From positions 1 to 53,279 of the IMG/VR virus record IMGVR_UViG_3300032288_006150: a DNA stretch of 53,279 nt; one strand, 5' to 3'. Below, piece by piece: positions 47,441 to 53,279 of this stretch. Positions within the stretch are counted from its first letter, which is position 1; each line of letters starts with the position of its first letter. Origin of the DNA: a virus (lineage: Duplodnaviria; Caudoviricetes). Under the pieces are notes generated by a model. It made no database searches, was not told where the DNA came from, and saw only the letters and a program-made list of their open reading frames with translations. Made by a program: the position numbers and the translations under genes.

Positions 47441-48022
47441 TTATATATCAGCGGGTTCCTCTGTGTCTTCACTCCACTCTGGATTGAGATATAATTGGTT
47501 CAAGTTGCCATCCACAGAAGCCTTCATCATCGAAGCAACCGTGCGGGATTGTTCGAAATGATCCATGTACCATTCAATCGGTGGATTCTCTTCCTGGATT
47601 TGATGCCCTAACTCCGTGTAGCCTAAAAGGCCAGCAATAAAATCATCAAAAGCGATCTGAGTGTCATTCACCTCGGCATAGTCCATTCCATAGCGTTCGT
47701 AATCCTCCTGAGCTAAGGGATCAACATCATCTCGGTCCTCCACCGAATCAAAATAGTCATCGTAATCCGAAAAAGTGACAAGATTGGCCCAAGCGGGTTC
47801 ATTCTGTTGTAACAATTCAGGAAAGGTCACCAAGGAGCTGAGATGTTGCCAGATCAAATTATCCAGATCGATCTCCGATTCCTGCAAAGGGGCATTATTG
47901 TGTCCGCATTTGTGACACATATAAGGATCATGGCCACCCTGGTCCTTGCGCCAGATCCAACCACACACTGAGCAGTGAATACTGTCACCCTCAAATTCTT
48001 CAAATAGTTGCAGGTATTTCAT
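47441..48022 (-). CDS. Zinc-ribbon acidic protein with MKYLQLFEEF leader
   Basis: CSVCGWIW...DPYMCHKCG. Confidence 0.75.
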   Translation of the reverse strand: MKYLQLFEEFEGDSIHCSVCGWIWRKDQGGHDPYMCHKCGHNNAPLQESEIDLDNLIWQHLSSLVTFPELLQQNEPAWANLVTFSDYDDYFDSVEDRDDVDPLAQEDYERYGMDYAEVNDTQIAFDDFIAGLLGYTELGHQIQEENPPIEWYMDHFEQSRTVASMMKASVDGNLNQLYLNPEWSEDTEEPADI

Positions 48023-48027
48023 TGCTT

Positions 48028-48420
48028 TTAGCTAACCCCTGCTATCCTTCTTACAAAATCTTCTCTGCCTATTTGACCTGATTCAAAGGCATCTAATAGA
48101 TCTGAGGCTGCTTGAATCTTTGCCTGTTGATTTGCTGCTGATTTCATTCTTGCTTCCGCTCCGGCAGGATCGAATTCATTTTTTAATACCATCCTGTCAT
48201 CATCGGTTAGGGAATTTACTAAAGGGGCAAGATCTTTCAGAGACGTTGGATCATTCTTTAGGTGAGGATTGTCGTCTATGACTTTTTTGAGGTATCGGAT
48301 TGCATCAGCAGGACTTTTAGACTGCATTGCATCCGCAATAGCTTGTTGGAATTGTTCGGGGGTCATTTTGAAATCCAGTTCGGTCTGATCCCATCCTTCG
48401 AATAATTGAATGTGCTTCAT
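48028..48420 (-). CDS. Hypothetical protein with MKHIQLFEGW leader
   Basis: ORF track; GATATATAA upstream. Confidence 0.75.
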   Translation of the reverse strand: MKHIQLFEGWDQTELDFKMTPEQFQQAIADAMQSKSPADAIRYLKKVIDDNPHLKNDPTSLKDLAPLVNSLTDDDRMVLKNEFDPAGAEARMKSAANQQAKIQAASDLLDAFESGQIGREDFVRRIAGVS

Positions 48421-48511
48421 GGCTTTTTTATTTCCTTTATATATCTTTGTTCATCTGAGCCAAAACGCGGATCGAGGCCCTTGAACCGTCATAGTGACAT
48501 GGGAGGTGCTC

Positions 48512-48940
48512 TCAGAGTCCCCTGCTACCTTGGTTCACCACTTGGAGGCCGTGATTGCGATCGATATACATCCACTCACAATCAACCAAACCAAATTGAT
48601 CGAAGTGATCGAGGACTTCATCCGCCGCAAAGCACGAACAGGAATAGATGTCAAATTGAAAGAAGGCAGGTTCTAGGCGATCCCAGACATGAATAGCCGC
48701 ATGGGAGGTTGCTAAGGTCACTGTGCCTGTAATGCCTTCATTGCCAGGTTCATCCACGTAAACAGAGGTCGGTCCAGCTACAACAACCATCCGAACTTTT
48801 TCGACTAGGTCTCGGAGCCATTGATTAAGAACCGTCTCCTCACGGGGTGGATTTTGTAAATGACCTCGCACTAGAAGGTGGAGGTGATTGGGCACGAAGC
48901 CCTGGGGTGTTTCTGCTGTTAACTGTGTAATCTCTGTCAT
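48512..48940 (-). CDS. speD: S-adenosylmethionine decarboxylase-family pyruvoyl proenzyme
   Basis: HLHLLV, GITGTVTLATSHAAIHVW, QFDIYSC. Confidence 0.8.
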   Translation of the reverse strand: MTEITQLTAETPQGFVPNHLHLLVRGHLQNPPREETVLNQWLRDLVEKVRMVVVAGPTSVYVDEPGNEGITGTVTLATSHAAIHVWDRLEPAFFQFDIYSCSCFAADEVLDHFDQFGLVDCEWMYIDRNHGLQVVNQGSRGL

Positions 48941-48973
48941 GCCACTATATATGAACGTATAGGCAAGGTTTTA

Positions 48974-49576
48974 TTAAATTAACTTCACTTTTTTACGTGG
49001 CACAGACAAAGTGGAATCTCCGTCTCTTAGTCTTCTTTTGGGATGAATGATATCCAACCATTGCGGATCATAGATCCCGAGAAAATCGAGGATAAGCGGG
49101 ATATCCTCTCCTGAGACATAGACACCTTCATATGAGGTCAGAATAAACTCAGGGACACATTGATGGGATTGCTCTAAGATCTCCCTTTGAATCCGAGTTA
49201 GCTCAGACTCCATGCTAGAGATCTCCTCCTGATAGGTCTCCAGCCAATCCGGATCTAATTCATAAGGCAAATGAGACTCTCCAGTTTGATGCTGTCGGAT
49301 TAGACTAATACTGCAATCTCGTAGATTTCTCCGAACATGAAAGATCACCCGGTCAAACGAATTGATAAAGGACAGGGGGTCTAAGCCCGCAGCAATGATA
49401 CTCTGCAGGTGCTCTTTCACAATGACATGAGGATTAGACAGGGTGTCTAGGAAATCATCACAGAGCGGTCCATGATGCAAAGGCTCATGATAGGATCTTT
49501 GATCAGTTTCACTTGTAAGCCAGGAAAGCAGGGAGAATCCTCCAGAACGAGGATGAGTGAGTATTAAGATCCTCAT
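48974..49576 (-). CDS. Sulfotransferase-fold protein (Stf0-like)
   Basis: HPRSGG 5'-PSB-like loop, HEP, RRNL..IS, SYE. Confidence 0.65.
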   Translation of the reverse strand: MRILILTHPRSGGFSLLSWLTSETDQRSYHEPLHHGPLCDDFLDTLSNPHVIVKEHLQSIIAAGLDPLSFINSFDRVIFHVRRNLRDCSISLIRQHQTGESHLPYELDPDWLETYQEEISSMESELTRIQREILEQSHQCVPEFILTSYEGVYVSGEDIPLILDFLGIYDPQWLDIIHPKRRLRDGDSTLSVPRKKVKLI

Positions 49577-49598
49577 AGTGATCTTATATATGGGCAGA

Positions 49599-49856
49599 CT
49601 AATAAGCTTGCTGCCAAGATCTTTCTAGACGCCAAGTCACCTCATCACACATCACTCGATGGGCATCACTAATAGCATTCATGGGACCAAAGGTGAATCG
49701 GTCCTCCAGGTGTTTAATGATATTGAGCAGGTGTTCATCCCCGAGATCTTTGATCAAGGTGTCAATTGGGGGATCAGTGCCATCCTTCCCATAAGAACGC
49801 CAGGTCTTAATCTCACGGAGCTCTGAGTGGGGAACATCAAATTCATCAATTATCAT
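49599..49856 (-). CDS. Hypothetical phage protein
   Basis: WRSYGKDG...IKDL.DEHL.NI. Confidence 0.7.
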   Translation of the reverse strand: MIIDEFDVPHSELREIKTWRSYGKDGTDPPIDTLIKDLGDEHLLNIIKHLEDRFTFGPMNAISDAHRVMCDEVTWRLERSWQQAY

Positions 49857-49860
49857 GGAA

Positions 49861-49894
49861 CAAATATAAGCAAGAAGAACGAGAAAGGAAAATG
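49861..49894 (-). promoter_or_regulatory. CATTT-N8-CG-N11-TATATTTG promoter
   Basis: Exact consensus, 4 nt before the ATG at 49856. Confidence 0.7.
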
Positions 49895-49984
49895 TAATAC
49901 AAGAAGGATCTGAATATGGGAATCTGAACCGAACAGCCCGGAAGAATATGTTTAAAATATCCGAATGGATAGGCTAGTCGAATC

Positions 49985-50083
49985 GCGTACGCGCATTGGT
50001 TAGAGCTTGTATACGTGCGCGGGCTCGCACGTGTTTCTTATATAGTATATGATTTAGCCATGAGCGTACGCGCATTGCTAGAG
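49985..50083. repeat. Direct repeat GCGTACGCGCATTG(g/c)..AGAG, two copies
   Basis: Copies start at 49985 and 50064. Confidence 0.7.
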
Positions 50084-50395
50084 GCTAATTACTCTGCGAA
50101 AGAAAAACGAGAAGGAAGAAGGGACCCCCTGGACTAAATTCCTATCTATATTTCATCTTATCCACTCAAGAGTCCCTCCCCTAAAAAACATTAAAAACAA
50201 GCCCTATACGGCCCCCCTTTTTAGCCCCCTATTTTAGGGCCCTTTTTAGGGGGATTCCCCCAAGGGTCCCCTCCCCTTTTTTACCCCCTCTACGGTCCCC
50301 CTATTTTAGGCCTGTTTTACCCCCTCTTTTTAGCCCCTTATTTAACCCCCTCCCGGATCCCCTTTTTACTAGGTATTTACTAAATGAATTTGCCC

Positions 50396-50692
50396 GTGGG
50401 GGTTCCCCCGCAAGTGAGATCTCGCATTTACCTTTTTTTCTCCTAGTGAGGGTTCCCCCACCAGAAGAAGCAAAAACCCCAAGAAAACCCCAAATTCCTA
50501 TTTTTCCCTACTTCCCCGTGAGGGTTCCCCCACGAGAGAGAAATTGGATTTACCTTTTTTTCTCCTAGTGAGGGTTCCCCCGCGGAAAAAACCAAAAAAC
50601 AAAAAAAAACTATTTTTACTACTTTTCCGTGGAGGTGCCCTCGCAGGGATCGTCCTTTTTTAGAAAATTAGAACGTGGTGAAGTCACCCCAC
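50396..50692. repeat. Cluster of 16-bp imperfect palindromes GTGAGGGTTCCCCC(A/G)C
   Basis: Copies at 50396, 50446, 50518, 50568; degenerate copies at 50629 and 50675. Confidence 0.85.
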
Positions 50693-50722
50693 AAAAAAAC
50701 TCCCATCTTTTCAGATGAGAGT
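50690..50722 (-). terminator. Intrinsic terminator with TTTTTTTGTG tail
   Basis: ACTCTCATCTGAAAAGATGGGAGTTTTTTTGTG. Confidence 0.75.
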
Positions 50723-50746
50723 CTCGTTACACTATAAACACTCAAT

Positions 50747-50980
50747 TTAATTCAGTGCGAAATGCTGCAGATAACCTTGCAACATATCTATGCTACTACG
50801 TAGCATGCGGATTCGAGAAATGGTCTTATGTCTTTCGTCCTCAGAGTTAAAGCTCATATGCATTAGCTTGTTTCTTTCTCTTTCTAATTGGGTCTCTAGA
50901 TCTTGTAAGCTAGGATTGTTTAAGAATTTAGGAGTGACATCCCTTTCCATCATCATGTCTTGCGTTTGTATGTTTTCCAT
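50747..50980 (-). CDS. Hypothetical coiled-coil protein
   Basis: ORF track. Confidence 0.6.
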   Translation of the reverse strand: MENIQTQDMMMERDVTPKFLNNPSLQDLETQLERERNKLMHMSFNSEDERHKTISRIRMLRSSIDMLQGYLQHFALN

Positions 50981-51231
50981 ATCGCTAAATTATAAATTAA
51001 TCTTCGTAATGTGAAATGTTTTATTCCGGTTCTGGAAGTTTGTTCCTGCTCTCTTAGGATTCTTCTGACGATGGAACGATCTCTAGCTGACAGGCTATTG
51101 AACCAAGTTTGGGAGCAAGTGACCAATGGAGTGGCTGAATCCTTATCATAGCCACCTCTTTGATAAGCAGCGAACATATTAAAGGAATCGGTATCAATAT
51201 AAGAAGCAACGGAGGGTAGATGAATTAACAT
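50953..51231 (-). CDS. Hypothetical protein
   Basis: ORF track; promoter at 51257-51290. Confidence 0.6.
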   Translation of the reverse strand: MLIHLPSVASYIDTDSFNMFAAYQRGGYDKDSATPLVTCSQTWFNSLSARDRSIVRRILREQEQTSRTGIKHFTLRRLIYNLAIWKTYKRKT

Positions 51232-51256
51232 ATGGCTATTTGTTTTATTGCGTTAA

Positions 51257-51290
51257 TAAAATTATCAACATTTCCCGAAAAAGAGAAATG
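51257..51290 (-). promoter_or_regulatory. CATTT-N8-CG-N11-TAATTTTA promoter
   Basis: Consensus spacing. Confidence 0.6.
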
Positions 51291-51341
51291 TTCCTTAGTA
51301 AATATCCCTATGTCAACTTGGAAAGTTCCTATAGGATCTAT

Positions 51342-51357
51342 GTGAGGGTTCCCCCAC
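51342..51357. repeat. GTGAGGGTTCCCCCAC palindrome copy
   Basis: Exact match to the 50446 and 50518 copies. Confidence 0.85.
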
Positions 51358-51399
51358 CAGTGACAGATTTCTTGCCACGGTTTGTGCTTAACCTATCCC

Positions 51400-51436
51400 C
51401 ACAAAAAACCCTTGATCTTTTCAGACCAAAGGTTTT
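51400..51436 (-). terminator. Intrinsic terminator with TTTTTTGTG tail
   Basis: AAAACCTTTGGTCTGAAAAGATCAAGGGTTTTTTGTG. Confidence 0.75.
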
Positions 51437-51456
51437 GGTTTAAAGTGATTTATCTA

Positions 51457-51900
51457 TTAAAATTTTATATCCATTTCTTTACCAAATATTGGTTTAGGAT
51501 TAGTTCTAGGGGATTCCTTATAAAAAATAACATTCTCCATATAAGAGGTAGTATTAAAGAAGAGTTCTAAATTATTAAATCTATAAGCTCTCTTAGCATT
51601 CTTGATTTTTTCATTATCTGAATACTCTGGATTATACTTAAGCAATTCCTTCAATTCTTTGTCTGCTTTTTCTACCTCATTATAAGACATTTCATTAGAA
51701 CCTAAAATGAAGCTAATACTATCCGGCGTCATTTTATCAATGTCTTCCGGTTTAAACGAAAGGATTAGGCTATCTTTTTCGTTTACATTATCAACCTTCA
51801 TCTCGTACCAAGATAAAGCGTTTTCTATGTTAGTTGGTAATTTCTCTTGGCAGGAATAAAGGGAGAATACAATAAGAGATAGTGCAATTAATTTTTTCAT
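51457..51900 (-). CDS. Lipoprotein
   Basis: Lipobox LYSC; CACGAC abuts the ATG. Confidence 0.75.
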   Translation of the reverse strand: MKKLIALSLIVFSLYSCQEKLPTNIENALSWYEMKVDNVNEKDSLILSFKPEDIDKMTPDSISFILGSNEMSYNEVEKADKELKELLKYNPEYSDNEKIKNAKRAYRFNNLELFFNTTSYMENVIFYKESPRTNPKPIFGKEMDIKF

Positions 51901-51921
51901 GTCGTGTGTTTGTTTAGATTG

Positions 51922-51955
51922 TAAATATAGGGTATAACCGCGGAAATCAGGAATG
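51922..51955 (-). promoter_or_regulatory. CATTC-N8-CG-N11-TATATTTA promoter
   Basis: Consensus spacing, one mismatch. Confidence 0.55.
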
Positions 51956-52168
51956 CCTCCATCTTCCTCTGGAAACTATAAACATTCTGATACAAGTAAA
52001 GATCACTGCTATCTGAAGCAAGACTACCCAAGCTCCCAATACAATTTGGGTTCCTGAATCTAAATTTTTTAAATCAATTGGTCCGTCGTGACCGCAGACA
52101 ATTAAGAGGGTTAAGATACTGAAAAGTAACCAGGATAAATTCATTGTGTTTTGAATAAACTTTTGCAT
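51947..52168 (-). CDS. Two-TM membrane protein
   Basis: Two hydrophobic segments. Confidence 0.65.
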   Translation of the reverse strand: MQKFIQNTMNLSWLLFSILTLLIVCGHDGPIDLKNLDSGTQIVLGAWVVLLQIAVIFTCIRMFIVSRGRWRHS

Positions 52169-52186
52169 GTGTTTGTGTTTAGAATG

Positions 52187-52220
52187 TAAAAGTAAGGCTT
52201 CAGCCCGAGAAAGTGAAATG
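52187..52220 (-). promoter_or_regulatory. CATTT-N8-CG-N11-TACTTTTA promoter
   Basis: Consensus spacing. Confidence 0.6.
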
Positions 52221-52253
52221 CATTCCTAACTGAATCGAAACTGGATCCACCCG

Positions 52254-52354
52254 GTGAGGGCTCACCCACGAGGAAAATTGGACCAATCCAAGCCGGGGTG
52301 CCCCCGCGGGTTTGAAATAAAATTTCAAAAACATTAAATAGGGGTGCCCCCACG
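52254..52354. repeat. Three degenerate copies of the 16-bp palindrome
   Basis: GTGAGGGCTCACCCAC, GGGGTGCCCCCGC, GGGGTGCCCCCAC. Confidence 0.7.
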
Positions 52355-52397
52355 AAGTTACATGAAATTTTTATAAAAGTTAAGTGAAACCACCTCA

Positions 52398-52433
52398 CAC
52401 AAAAATCCCAGACCTGAAATCAGATCTGGGATT
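52398..52433 (-). terminator. Intrinsic terminator with TTTTTGTG tail
   Basis: AATCCCAGATCTGATTTCAGGTCTGGGATTTTTGTG. Confidence 0.75.
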
Positions 52434-52450
52434 ATTTTAACAACGTATGA

Positions 52451-52663
52451 TTACAAAATCTTAATGCCTAGTTCTTTAATGGCTTTACTAATCTTAGAAG
52501 TCAATTTACTTCTTCCTGAGGTAGTAAAAATAAAAGTGGGCCCTTGCAGAGATGTAATGTAATCCATGTATTCGAATCCATTGTCTCTGAGGATGTTTTT
52601 CCCCTCTTCAATTCTCATGGTTTGATGTGGGGAGAATAATGTTTGAATTTCCTGTGTGTTCAT
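52451..52663 (-). CDS. Hypothetical protein
   Basis: Start moved to MNTQEI, downstream of the promoter at 52683-52716. Confidence 0.6.
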   Translation of the reverse strand: MNTQEIQTLFSPHQTMRIEEGKNILRDNGFEYMDYITSLQGPTFIFTTSGRSKLTSKISKAIKELGIKIL

Positions 52664-52682
52664 GGTATATGGGTTTAGAATC

Positions 52683-52716
52683 CAAATGTAACAATATACT
52701 GCGGGTATCAAAAATG
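52683..52716 (-). promoter_or_regulatory. CATTT-N8-CG-N11-TACATTTG promoter
   Basis: Exact consensus. Confidence 0.7.
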
Positions 52717-52735
52717 CTCAGACCCCCTTCGCGAG

Positions 52736-52928
52736 CGCGGGGTCCTCCCCGGAGGGGGTTTTGCAGTGCAGATAGATTGCATCACAAAGTGAGGGTTCCC
52801 TCTCCCCGAATCATCGAGAACAAAAAAAAGTTTGAAAAAAAGTTACGTTTTCCGTTATACTCTCACAACTAACAGTTTTTTTGTAACGGATAGTAAACCT
52901 ATAGGTACCTATGTGTGGGCACCCTCAC
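52736..52928. repeat. Degenerate copies of the 16-bp palindrome, one inverted
   Basis: GTGAGGGTTCCCTCTC at 52789; 52913-52928 reads GTGAGGGTGCCCACAC on the minus strand. Confidence 0.65.
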
Positions 52929-52972
52929 CCCGTTCAGCATACGCTAGCAATTTTGGTTGCGAAACCTCCGCA

Positions 52973-53006
52973 CACAAAAAACCCTCTGACGAATCAGAGG
53001 GCTTTT
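52973..53006 (-). terminator. Intrinsic terminator with TTTTTTGTG tail
   Basis: AAAAGCCCTCTGATTCGTCAGAGGGTTTTTTGTG. Confidence 0.75.
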
Positions 53007-53025
53007 CAAAAATAAAATATGAAAC

Positions 53026-53211
53026 CTATGAAAATCTTGCTTTTACTTTTTGAAATAAGGAGGTGAATAAATCTTTGCCTCCTAAGTAAAAAATGTAAGC
53101 TAGTGTTCCGTAGAAAATTAGCACACAAATGGACCAGAAGGTAAAGCCGGCTTGTTCAATCCCATCCATTCTTTGGAATACCTGGATTGCTTCATTAATT
53201 TTTTCTTTCAT
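53026..53211 (-). CDS. Single-TM membrane protein
   Basis: Hydrophobic core; CACGAC 3 nt upstream of the ATG. Confidence 0.65.
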   Translation of the reverse strand: MKEKINEAIQVFQRMDGIEQAGFTFWSICVLIFYGTLAYIFYLGGKDLFTSLFQKVKARFS

Positions 53212-53279
53212 GTTGTCGTGTTTTTATTGAGTGGTAAATATCTGATGTAAACGAGGAAAGTTGAAATGCTTTCCTCAGA

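Noticed and set aside
50396-50692. CRISPR array
   Set aside because: The repeat is only 16 bp, spacing is irregular (50/72/50/61), spacers are low-complexity and partly duplicated, further copies are dispersed singly, and no cas genes are in the window.
51240-53053. ORFs 51240-51443, 52141-52398, 52627-52872 and 52832-53053
   Set aside because: They run across promoter, palindrome and terminator elements and are most likely chance open frames.
1-53279. Stop-codon reassignment as in some large phages
   Set aside because: Known enzymes are full length in code 11, TAG and TGA end genes that tile or overlap cleanly with neighbours, and coding density is high.
1-53279. Bacterial chromosome or eukaryotic giant virus origin
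   Set aside because: Housekeeping-like genes occur singly among short hypotheticals with phage-type motifs; bacterial lipoboxes, Bacteroidota promoters and intrinsic terminators argue against a eukaryotic virus.

Overview
This window is AT-rich, gene-dense and almost entirely minus-strand DNA. It reads as the accessory region of a large (jumbo/huge) tailed phage infecting a Bacteroidota host. Host evidence: a Bacteroidota-type bS21, TAnnTTTG -7 promoter elements, no Shine-Dalgarno sites, lipoproteins, T9SS-CTD-like domains and a TonB-dependent receptor. No capsid, terminase or polymerase gene lies in the window, so the phage call is an inference from gene content and organisation. Recognisable genes include kdsB, hldD, a carbamoyltransferase, a sulfotransferase-like protein, a radical SAM enzyme, a 2OG-Fe(II) oxygenase, an AdoMetDC-like proenzyme, cyclophilin, a 5'-nucleotidase, GH19 and CHAP peptidoglycan hydrolases, and rpsU. 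Four signals stand out. (1) A 10-kb operon (10140-19882) of exported and membrane proteins: CsgG-like pore, beta-barrel, two cohesin/dockerin-like paralogues, one with a C-type lectin. It is preceded by two copies of a conserved structured leader RNA and carries a recurring CACGAC motif. (2) About 20 unrelated proteins share an MKHI-x-x-F/Y-E N-terminal leader resembling a T4 capsid-targeting sequence. (3) A tightly spaced CATTT-N8-CG-N11-TAnnTTT(G/A) promoter recurs about ten times. (4) At the right end, promoter-gene-terminator modules are separated by a 16-bp GC-rich imperfect palindrome (GTGAGGGTTCCCCCAC). All family calls come from motif recognition by eye; no database searches were run.
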